Virus record (IMG/VR): IMGVR_UViG_3300028833_000066
DNA: 64,000 nucleotides
Strand: one strand, 5' to 3'
Source: a virus
Lineage: Duplodnaviria > Caudoviricetes
In this document: positions 21,880 through 29,395 of the stretch, in pieces
Layout: every line of letters begins with the position of its first letter
Numbering within the stretch: the first letter of the stretch is position 1
Notes under the pieces: model-generated
What the model saw: only the letters and a program-made list of their open reading frames with translations
Databases searched by the model: none
Told to the model about the DNA's origin: nothing
Program-made: the position numbers and the translations under genes

Positions 21880-22515
21880 ATACTCAGGCCACACTCGGGT
21901 GGTCTGTACTTAGACTATTTACCTTCGGCCTTGCCGCTCAAACATTCCCACCGCTCGCGTCCTCAATAGTCCTAGGTAGATAAACATCTACTCATTATAA
22001 TATCAATAGGATTTGTTTTGCCGCGTACGATCGGCTGGCCGAGTATTAAGTCTAATAGCCGCTCAAGACTCCTATTGATTTTTAATAAAGGCTCAAAGTA
22101 CTTACTTCTTCGTTCGTGAAGAGGCCATTAGGCGAGCCTTTGTATGCCCCGAAGGTACGCTTGCTCGTCAGCAGAGGCGTCGGCAGCTCATATATTGTGG
22201 CGTAAAACCCCTAACTAGCCATCATCGCGTCCAGCTGGACCACATGTTTTCTGCCTTGAACCCGTGCTTTCAGGTAGGCAAGGATTATAATCTTGTTTAG
22301 GGAACATCCCATGGTCAAGAGAAACCATAGATGGAGAATCATAATCTAGAAGACAGTACCCTTACGGCGTGCTGTTGATTCTCCTTCTGGTGGACCCGGG
22401 GCATTTCACCCAGCCCATAGACGGTTTTTAGACTCGCTGGTCATGGCTTACCGAGGTACTGACGGCCGATCGCCCTCTGTCGCGCCAAGACTGTGCTCAT
22501 TAAACACAACCCTAA

Positions 22516-22589
22516 TGGAGCGCCATAACAGACTTGAACTGTCACCGACTGCTTGGAAGGCAGCCGTGCTACCATTACACCAATGGCGC
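22516..22589 (-). tRNA. trnG: tRNA-Gly(UCC)
   Basis: gctgc-CTTCCAA-gcagt; U73-CCA. Confidence 0.92.
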
Positions 22590-22662
22590 CGGCGTGGCTT
22601 CACGTCACCACAACGACACATGGGTTCTTGCGCTGGCTAACCTCTTTTGTTCTAAAAGCCAC

Positions 22663-22749
22663 TGGTGCCCTCGGTGAGATTTGCACTCACGTTGTATCAT
22701 TGTAGTAGTTTTTGAGACTACCCCGTCTCACTAGCTGCGGCACAAGGGC
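22663..22749 (-). tRNA. trnL: tRNA-Leu(CAA)
   Basis: gtagt-CTCAAAA-actac; long variable arm; CCA. Confidence 0.85.
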
Positions 22750-22794
22750 ATAATGCGGCGGAAAGGAGACGCCGCGTAGAAAAAAGAAAAATAG

Positions 22795-23205
22795 TGGTGC
22801 GGGTAGCCGGACTTGAACCGGCACGCCCAGAGGGCAACAGATTTTCTTACTACTCTATGTTACCATAGCCGCTTTCGCGTTGTAGTCTGGGCTATGTCTT
22901 CACCTTATCTTACGACTTAGGTGGCTGGTATATAGTCTCTACACATTTATAAATATGCGACGTGCCGAGGTACTGCCCCTCTATTTTTGTATTACTTACT
23001 TACATATACCTATCTGCAGTTTATATGTTTTCAGAGATAAGTTATTATCTGCTATCTTATACTAGACACGCCATATTTAATTTAGCTCGGCGTTATCCCA
23101 TAAGGACTTTCACCGAATTAGCCAGCATTCACTCAGAAAGTTTCCTATTCTGGTGCTCTTTGTTTTACAAAAGTCTGTGGCGTCTGCCTATTCCGCCATA
23201 CCCGC
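22795..23205 (-). tRNA. trnL: tRNA-Leu(UAA) split by a group I intron (exon 1 23171-23205, exon 2 22795-22845)
   Basis: Joined exons give acaga-CTT|AAAA-tctgt, Leu-type D-loop, variable arm and CCA. Confidence 0.9.
22846..23170 (-). mobile_element. group I intron (IC3-like, 325 nt) in tRNA-Leu(UAA)
   Basis: Exon CUU pairs with IGS GAG as in cyanobacterial Leu introns; core ctaattcggtgaaa, gccgagctaaa, gtagagacta, gacatagcccagac; terminal G. Confidence 0.85.
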
Positions 23206-23225
23206 ATATACGGCTTTCGCCGCAA

Positions 23226-23432
23226 TTACTCTTCAGTCAGTCCTTCAATAGCTGCCTCAGCCCATACAACATCTTCCCACTTTTCAATGGTGACTTCATA
23301 TACGTTCTTTGCGCCGTAATAATCGCGTACTTTATTTACTGCTTTACCCCAAGACTTTGCGGCAACAAGACCAGTTTCATCTAGCACTTTATCTTCAACA
23401 TCATCCCAATAATGAACCTTATACTTAAACAT
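23226..23432 (-). CDS. hypothetical protein
   Basis: ORF track; RBS upstream. Confidence 0.6.
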   Translation of the reverse strand: MFKYKVHYWDDVEDKVLDETGLVAAKSWGKAVNKVRDYYGAKNVYEVTIEKWEDVVWAEAAIEGLTEE

Positions 23433-23593
23433 AATAATCCTCCAAATTAAATCCCTCTTGAACTGCCCATTCTATGATACGATCATAATTTTCTTGCTCC
23501 CAGGCTTGTTCTACGTCAGCCATAGCGGCAATAATGAAGCCAAACGGAGCAGTACCACAGTAATTTACTAGGTCTTTAAATAATCGTTCTACA

Positions 23594-23809
23594 TCAATAG
23601 CAGTCGTCATAATTATCCTCGCCAAATACTTTATCAACGCTACTTTCAGTGTAACCAAGGCAAAGCGCAAAAGCTCGGCACATTCGCTGAAGAGCCTCAA
23701 GGCTCATATCTTGGTCTGCCTCAAAACTTAGGCTAATAGCGTTACGATAGCTCCTCTCATCAGGATACAGATTAAATTCAATACGATTCTTAATAGCTTG
23801 CGGTGCCAT
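23594..23809 (-). CDS. hypothetical protein
   Basis: ORF track; follows promoter at about 23839-23866. Confidence 0.6.
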   Translation of the reverse strand: MAPQAIKNRIEFNLYPDERSYRNAISLSFEADQDMSLEALQRMCRAFALCLGYTESSVDKVFGEDNYDDCY

Positions 23810-23840
23810 ATTGAAGCTCCTTTCCTTTTCTATATTTATA

Positions 23841-24245
23841 TTATACTACAGTTTTAGCAAAAGTCAAATCTTTAATTTTAAAAAAATCATCACCGAGGTA
23901 GATTCGTTTAATGCCGTCCATAGCCACATAATGACTGAAACACTCTCCATAATCTACAAGAGCCGCCGGCACGATGATGATACATGGTACTTTTCGTGCC
24001 TTCATATCATCCTTGCTATATTCGCTATTTCCATAATTATGCCAGTCATCTTGCGGTTCAAGTACGAGTGAGTCAAATGAAATAGCTACATCCCAAATAT
24101 CAGTAATATATTCGGCGTATACAGTACCCGCATTATGCTCATAAGGGCAATCATTCCAATCATCGCCACACCAATCTTTAAGATTATCATCACCAAGATA
24201 GAAACGGATGACATTACCTTTGCGTGCGAAGTCAATAATTTTCAT
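23841..24245 (-). CDS. hypothetical phage protein (GDDWNDxPYEHNAG)
   Basis: Conserved phage motif. Confidence 0.7.
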   Translation of the reverse strand: MKIIDFARKGNVIRFYLGDDNLKDWCGDDWNDCPYEHNAGTVYAEYITDIWDVAISFDSLVLEPQDDWHNYGNSEYSKDDMKARKVPCIIIVPAALVDYGECFSHYVAMDGIKRIYLGDDFFKIKDLTFAKTVV

Positions 24246-24248
24246 AAA

Positions 24249-24584
24249 TTAAATCTCCTTTACTCCATAATGTGTCAGCAGTTGCCGCATATTTGCGGCT
24301 CCTACAGGGTTCATAGAATGAATATGAAAGGCGATAACATGAATATTATTCTCAATCACATAGCGGCAAATATCATAGCCGGTACGCTCAATGTCACTTT
24401 CCTCATCAAAGCCGAGGTCGTGGTCAAGGTCAAGAATAAATATGCTGTCTGGATGGTTTTGAAAGAAATCAATTGCTTCCGCATAACTGCGGACAATATG
24501 AGGCTCATATTGACTTTGGACAGTTAAGCTACGGTAAAATTTATCGTCAGTACGAATATCATCCACATACAGGAAGTAATCCAT
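24249..24584 (-). CDS. cyclic-phosphate-processing receiver domain protein
   Basis: LYVDDIR, LDHDLG, TGYD, IHSMNPVG motifs. Confidence 0.8.
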   Translation of the reverse strand: MDYFLYVDDIRTDDKFYRSLTVQSQYEPHIVRSYAEAIDFFQNHPDSIFILDLDHDLGFDEESDIERTGYDICRYVIENNIHVIAFHIHSMNPVGAANMRQLLTHYGVKEI

Positions 24585-24632
24585 CTCTTCCTCTCTCCTT
24601 TCATATATATTATACTATAATTTTTGAAAAAG

Positions 24633-25082
24633 TCAAATATGCCATTCTTCAATTTTTACATCATGACTTCTTAACCATTCTTGTACCGCCCATCGTTCGC
24701 TACAAGGATTGTCATATTTTTCAAAGAAAATAAAAGCAAAATCAAAATCTTTTCTGTCAGGGAAATCTTCAAGTAAACGTGCCCGCAAATCAAGTAAATG
24801 TTCTAAAAATGAAGAAAAATCTATTTGATCTAATTGTTTTCGATATTCTTGTAAAAATAAACAATTATGTGGATGCTTCGGATTACATTTTCCGTTACAT
24901 AGTCCATCGCAAGATTTTCCTGGCCGTAGAGGCGGGCAACGTAAACTAATTACGCCATTTTTATCTACACCGCCGACAGAGTACCATTTCGGTTCCCAAA
25001 CTACTGTTGAAAGTGCTACAAGATTATTAGGAAAGTTCTTAACCATGGCCCAATATGATGTATATAATTTCATATATTCCAA
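24633..25082 (-). CDS. DUF488-like protein
   Basis: LYTSYW N-terminus; Y..QL; FFEK...CSER C-terminus. Confidence 0.55.
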   Translation of the reverse strand: MEYMKLYTSYWAMVKNFPNNLVALSTVVWEPKWYSVGGVDKNGVISLRCPPLRPGKSCDGLCNGKCNPKHPHNCLFLQEYRKQLDQIDFSSFLEHLLDLRARLLEDFPDRKDFDFAFIFFEKYDNPCSERWAVQEWLRSHDVKIEEWHI

Positions 25083-25369
25083 AGCTCCAATGATTTAGGT
25101 TCTTCCTTTTCAACATAGCCACCAGTTTTCCAATCGCCTTCCCATTCAAAATACCACCTATTTGGACAATAAGGAAATGTGCCAAATGAAGTTTCAATTA
25201 CCATAGCGGCTGGATAACTACCTTCATAAATATCACACCAGTTTTCTTTCACGCACTTAATAGCGTCATCCTTATTTTCATAGTAGGCTGGTGTGTCATG
25301 ATTTGGCGGAAAACTGTCATCTTCTTTTGGTAAATTACAGAATGTGATTACTCGATAAAATTTATTCAT
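25070..25369 (-). CDS. hypothetical protein
   Basis: ORF track; RBS upstream. Confidence 0.6.
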   Translation of the reverse strand: MNKFYRVITFCNLPKEDDSFPPNHDTPAYYENKDDAIKCVKENWCDIYEGSYPAAMVIETSFGTFPYCPNRWYFEWEGDWKTGGYVEKEEPKSLELWNI

Positions 25370-25468
25370 ATAGCCTCCAATGAAAAAATGCGCCGGAAGA
25401 GTTGCGGATATTACTCGGCCTCTTTCTGAAAGGGCTCTTCCACCTAAAAGGTTCCCAACGGCGCTAAA

Positions 25469-25544
25469 TGGTCTGGGTGGTCAGACTCGAACTGACGACC
25501 TGATGCTCCCAAGGCACCCGCGCTGCCAACTGCGCTACACCCAG
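25469..25544 (-). tRNA. trnP: tRNA-Pro(UGG)
   Basis: C1-G72; ggtgc-CTTGGGA-gcatc; CCA. Confidence 0.92.
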
Positions 25545-25726
25545 ATACAAGAAGCGTATTTACGCTTCTAAATACGACTGTGTTATTACACCAAATTACT
25601 CTTACCTTTTATCCACCGCACATCATACTTATAGGACAATTCCTGTAGCCCATAATACATTTCGCACGAATGGAGGCATGTAAACTCTTTAGCTTATGGC
25701 TACTTTCAAGCCTACAGTGTCGCGAG

Positions 25727-26113
25727 CTAGGGCGCTGGGACTCGAACCCAGACTACCTCCTTCAGAGGGATATAACGGTTTTCTTACTACTCCATATTAC
25801 TATGGCCGCCATAATGCGTTGTAGTCTGGACTATGTTTTTACCTTGCCATAATGGTTTAGGTATGTCCTATATAGTCTCTACACGTTTATAAATAATTGG
25901 CTGTTTATCAAACTCCACTTAGCTACAGCGTTATACGAACTCGCCACTATCAAATTGGCTTCCACAGTCTGTCGTAGCACCAATTATTTAATTTAGCTCG
26001 GCGTTGTCCTAGTAGGATATTCGCCGAATTAGGGACAATTCACACTAGAACTTTCGTATCTAGGTGTCCAATTATTTTAAGAGACCGGTGTTCTGCCATT
26101 GAACTACGCCCCA
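25727..26113 (-). tRNA. amber suppressor tRNA(CUA), Gln-type identity, split by a group I intron (exon 1 26080-26113, exon 2 25727-25782)
   Basis: Joined exons give cggt-CTCT|AAA-accg (anticodon CUA); U1-A72 and G73; D-arm gttc/gaac; T-arm ctggg-TTCGAGT-cccag. Confidence 0.85.
25783..26079 (-). mobile_element. group I intron (IC3-like, 297 nt) in suppressor tRNA
   Basis: Clear paralogue of the Leu intron (ctaattcggcgaa, acgccgagctaaattaaata, gtgtagagactatata, catagtccagactacaacgc, gagtagtaag); IGS GGA pairs with exon UCU. Confidence 0.85.
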
Positions 26114-26145
26114 TTAAAGTGAGGTTTCCCTCACTTTCTATATAT

Positions 26146-26174
26146 ATTATATCAAATTTTTTATAGAAAGTCAA
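26146..26174 (-). promoter_or_regulatory. sigma70-type promoter TTGACT-N17-TATAAT directly upstream of the suppressor tRNA
   Basis: Consensus hexamers with extended -10 TG; leader hairpin at 26116-26137. Confidence 0.75.
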
Positions 26175-26671
26175 ATAAAAGCCTTATCTAAATTCATATA
26201 TTCTTCTGGATTACCATTGCCGCATTCATCACACCAAGGAGCAATCCATCCACGACTTAATTTAGTAGCGGGTTTGCCACATTTAATACAAGTACGAGAA
26301 CTTATAACTTCATACTTATCTACAATAGCACGAGTTCTTTCAGTACTGAAATTATCATACCATCTTAGATAGCCATACTTTTCCTTAATTTGATCAACAC
26401 GATATTCATCAAGTAATTTTTCGCCGCCTTCATCAAGTAAAGCTTGCTTAATTTCAGCGCACATTTGTTCGCCAAACGCAATACGCCATCCATCTGGCAT
26501 ATCATCAAGTTCAGTATATTCATAATCCCATTCTGGCGGCATTTCATCTGGGCTATCGGGCCAAAAGCCTTTTTCACCGCAATTGATGCGTTTGCCGCTG
26601 AAGCGATTAAATGGAATTAGAAATGGATAAGTATCGCATAAACGCTTGTTTTCTTCACGATTAATTTCCAT
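26171..26671 (-). CDS. hypothetical phage protein (QIKEKYG.LR.Y, C-terminal Zn ribbon)
   Basis: Start reassigned to MEINREE after RBS aaggagga; the longer ORF overlaps a tRNA. Confidence 0.75.
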   Translation of the reverse strand: MEINREENKRLCDTYPFLIPFNRFSGKRINCGEKGFWPDSPDEMPPEWDYEYTELDDMPDGWRIAFGEQMCAEIKQALLDEGGEKLLDEYRVDQIKEKYGYLRWYDNFSTERTRAIVDKYEVISSRTCIKCGKPATKLSRGWIAPWCDECGNGNPEEYMNLDKAFI

Positions 26672-26691
26672 TAGTATATCCTCCTTAAAAG

Positions 26692-26880
26692 AGCCGCCGA
26701 TAGGACTTGAACCTACAACCTGCGCATTACTGGAGCTGAGTGTGAGTAACGAACTCACATATCTTCGCCTAATTAATTCGTCAATTAATTAGTTCTCATG
26801 CGGTCTTTTCCCTGTGATTCGGGTGTTTTACCTTAAACTAACTCAGCAAGTGCGCTGCTCTACCATTGAGCCACGACGGC
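26692..26880 (-). tRNA. trnT: tRNA-Thr(UGU) split in the anticodon by a 117-nt tRNA-like insert (exon 1 26848-26880, exon 2 26692-26730)
   Basis: Joined exons give gcgca-CTT|GTAA-tgcgc with canonical acceptor, D and T arms. Confidence 0.85.
26731..26847 (-). ncRNA. tRNA-like RNA nested inside tRNA-Thr(UGU)
   Basis: GCTGAGT/ACTCAGC acceptor stem, U73-CCA, D-arm GTTT-AAGGTA-AAAC, T-arm GTGAG-TTCGTTA-CTCAC; anticodon arm replaced. Confidence 0.8.
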
Positions 26881-26885
26881 GTAAA

Positions 26886-26956
26886 AGCCTCCTATTGGAA
26901 TCGAACCAATCTTCACGCCTTACGAAAGCGTTGTTCTGCCTATAAACTAAAGAGGC
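26886..26956 (-). tRNA. trnT: tRNA-Thr(CGU)
   Basis: acgct-TTCGTAA-ggcgt. Confidence 0.85.
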
Positions 26957-27120
26957 AATGCGGATGAGGATTTGCACCTCATATGACATACGTCTTTTCG
27001 CTCTTCACTTTACTAATATTCCTACCTATTAGTGGCTGTCAGCGATTTTTAATCTCGGCCATGAATTAAGTTTTTAGCGTAGTCTCACGACGCAGCGTTT
27101 ACCTATTCCGCCACCGCATT
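26957..27120 (-). ncRNA. tRNA-like RNA with expanded anticodon domain
   Basis: aatgcgg/ccgcatt stem; Leu-like D-loop ggcggaataggtaaacgc; T-arm tgagg-TGCAAAT-cctca; about 75-nt insert closed by gcgtc/gacgt. Confidence 0.7.
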
Positions 27121-27127
27121 TAATTAA

Positions 27128-27667
27128 TTACGGCCACTCTCCAAGCGGCATACCAAGGCCAGCACGTTCAACATTAGTGTTGAAGAATACGCCAGCAGTA
27201 GCAGGACCAGTTAAAAGCTCATCAGCAATAGTCTCATATAAAGTGCTGATAATGCCGTGGCAATCGTTTAGGTTGTCAGCCGCGAACTGTACTACGCAGT
27301 TGTTGAATACTACATAAGTAGTGTCGAACCATTGATAACCTTCTTCAACAGGGCATACAGAATAAGCATAAGCGGGATTGCCCTTGAAAGCTACATCAAA
27401 TAGCTCGACCTTGCTGGTGAAAGCACGATTGCTTGGCGTGCCATCAACAACAACCTTTAGGCCAACATTGCCAAAGTTAATTTCTTCTGGAAGAATCTGA
27501 AGTAGTGCTGCTACCTTATCGCCATTATTACAGGATAGAACAACAGTAGGATGAGAACCAGAGAAATCACAATTAAAAGCGATCTGGGGGTCTCCATCAA
27601 ATAGGGCTTCTAGCTTTCTAATAGCAATAGTCCAAGGCGGTAGAATCTTTAGTCTAGCATTGCTCAT
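27128..27667 (-). CDS. hypothetical phage protein
   Basis: ORF track; RBS upstream. Confidence 0.7.
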   Translation of the reverse strand: MSNARLKILPPWTIAIRKLEALFDGDPQIAFNCDFSGSHPTVVLSCNNGDKVAALLQILPEEINFGNVGLKVVVDGTPSNRAFTSKVELFDVAFKGNPAYAYSVCPVEEGYQWFDTTYVVFNNCVVQFAADNLNDCHGIISTLYETIADELLTGPATAGVFFNTNVERAGLGMPLGEWP

Positions 27668-27687
27668 AATTTTATACCTCTTTTATT

Positions 27688-28239
27688 TTATTTTTCTAAA
27701 TAATTAGAAATGTCAATCATACCATTTTCAATTTCCCAATGATGATTTGGGCATAAACCAATTAAATTGTTATCATTATTAATTTCATCAATAGTTGCGC
27801 TGTCAGGAAAAGTAGAAATTCCTTTTATATGATGAACTTCTATATGTTTATTGTATCCACAGACTGCACAAGCTGCATTTGGATGATTCTTTAAATATTG
27901 TAATCTAGATAATTCTCGTATTCGACTATTAACCTGATAAGAACGCAATTCTTTTAGTTCACCATATGTTTTATTTTTCCAATCAACATTGGTTGGATTA
28001 CATTCTTCGCAGTATTTTCTTCTATAAAATAGAGCATATCCTTCACCAATTAGTTTCCCGCATTTCTGACAGAATACCTATTTTTTAGGACGCTGACGAT
28101 TATTGTATGTAGCAGCGCAGCTATGATTACAAAATTTTTTCCTTTTAACACTGCTAACTGATTCATTCGCTTGACAGAAAATTGGTTGTTTGCAGTTTAA
28201 ACATAAATTGGGATTTTGATTATATTCTTCGCGTGTCAT
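27688..28239 (-). CDS. HNH endonuclease with Zn-ribbon N-terminus (code 15, TAG at 28078)
   Basis: CLNC..KFCNHSC(TAG)..CQKC..CAVCGY..EVHHIK..NLIGLCPNHH; two supplied ORFs join in frame. Confidence 0.85.
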
Positions 28240-28322
28240 CCTATCACTCCTATGATAAAATAATAAGAGCCGATGTAGGAGCATCTTTATCTCACTGGTT
28301 AATTACTCCAGTGCTACCTCAG

Positions 28323-28400
28323 TGGCACCCCATACAAGATTCTAACTTGTGACCTACCGCTTAGAAGGCGGTTGCTTCTATACTGCTGAGCTAATGGGGC
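28323..28400 (-). tRNA. trnR: tRNA-Arg(UCU)
   Basis: accgc-CTTCTAA-gcggt; CCA; atypical T-loop TTAGAAT. Confidence 0.85.
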
Positions 28401-28550
28401 GAATAAGCTTGCCGCCGAACATCCTATTGGAACGCTTGCACCACGCGGGACTTCTATTGTCAGCTATTACCGGCAGAATTTGAACCATTAACCGTGGCGA
28501 CAGGCTTTCCATAACGACTCCTGTTGGAAAACTTTTTGAAATGACAGGAA

Positions 28551-28622
28551 AGCATACGGTAGGAGTTGAACCTACTAACAGCGGCTTTGCAGGCTGCCGC
28601 CCGGCCGACGAGCATCGTACGC
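28551..28622 (-). tRNA. trnC: tRNA-Cys(GCA)
   Basis: gcagc-CTGCAAA-gccgc; U73. Confidence 0.8.
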
Positions 28623-28727
28623 ATATAATAGCATAGTCAAGCCTTCTCCCAACAACTATGCTATGCTTCACACCATTCGTTACTTTAGCCACGTATTACG
28701 GCTTTGACAAGATGAAGCGTCCCTAAG

Positions 28728-28798
28728 TGCCCCATACAGGAATTGAACCTGTCTCCCGACATTAAAAGTGTCGTGCCCCACCGATAGGCCAATGGAGC
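28728..28798 (-). tRNA. trnK: tRNA-Lys(UUU)
   Basis: cgaca-CTTTTAA-tgtcg. Confidence 0.85.
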
Positions 28799-28802
28799 CT
28801 AA

Positions 28803-28875
28803 TGCGCCATGCAGGACTCGGACCCGCAACACTAAGTCCGTAGCCTAGCGTTTTATCCAGTTAGACTAATGGCGC
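28803..28875 (-). tRNA. trnR: tRNA-Arg(ACG)
   Basis: ctagg-CTACGGA-cttag. Confidence 0.85.
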
Positions 28876-29044
28876 ATTCCCACGGCTATTTTACTTCGCC
28901 GTGGCGAAGGTTTCCCAAACTACCGAGGGAACTTTAACTCTGCGTCCAATTTTCCCGCGTAGCAACGGTTATTGTGGCTGCAGGTTTGATTTCTGGAGCT
29001 CAACCTACTGAACATCTCCGGAGCCTTTTTGTGCTACTATGGCC

Positions 29045-29121
29045 TGGTACTCCCCACGGGATTTGAACCCGCAAATACTTGATCCTAAATCAAGCGCGTC
29101 TGCCAATTGCGCCAAGGGAGC
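29045..29121 (-). tRNA. trnL: tRNA-Leu(UAG), short variable loop
   Basis: cttga-TTTAGGA-tcaag; A73-CCA. Confidence 0.85.
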
Positions 29122-29127
29122 ATATAG

Positions 29128-29200
29128 TGCGAAGTGACGGGCTTGAACCGCCGGCCCTTACGGTGTAAACGTAATGCTCTCCCAACTGAGCTAACCTCGC
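29128..29200 (-). tRNA. trnV: tRNA-Val(UAC)
   Basis: ttacg-TTTACAC-cgtaa. Confidence 0.9.
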
Positions 29201-29206
29201 ATAAAG

Positions 29207-29280
29207 TCGGGATGGATGGACTTGAACCATCGGTCTTCGCCTTATCAGAGCGCTGCACTAACCAACTGTGCTACATCCCG
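29207..29280 (-). tRNA. trnI: tRNA-Ile(GAU)
   Basis: cgct-CTGATAA-ggcg. Confidence 0.88.
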
Positions 29281-29322
29281 TAACGTGCGGCTCTGATTAA
29301 CGTCGGTCCGCACCCAGACGAA

Positions 29323-29395
29323 TGGAGCCACCGAGAATCGAACTCGGACTCACTGCTTGCAAGGCAGTAGTGCTAACCATTATCACTATGGCCCC
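29323..29395 (-). tRNA. trnA: tRNA-Ala(UGC)
   Basis: G3-U70; actgc-CTTGCAA-gcagt. Confidence 0.9.

Noticed and set aside
22160-22175. Hammerhead ribozyme core CTGACGA
   Set aside because: No correctly placed GAAA or stem III
22388-22515. tmRNA or a second CUA suppressor (gtctaaa near a CCA end)
   Set aside because: No matching 5' acceptor strand at tmRNA distance, no tag ORF, and no anticodon stem around CTA
25545-25726. HDV-like theta ribozyme in the suppressor 3' trailer (known in recoded gut phages)
   Set aside because: No nested double pseudoknot or UCCUCG-type L3 could be identified by eye here or after the other CCA-less tRNAs; a motif search is needed to exclude it
26810-26824. Opal/Sec anticodon UCA in the nested tRNA-like element
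   Set aside because: It lies in a 3-bp stem with an 8-nt loop lacking canonical geometry, and TGA is used as a stop throughout
28378-28692. 104-aa minus-strand ORF
   Set aside because: It overlaps tRNA-Cys and tRNA-Arg and has no protein features
29045-29121. Amber suppressor because of TAG in the loop
   Set aside because: Anticodon UAG reads CUA (Leu); a suppressor needs anticodon CUA
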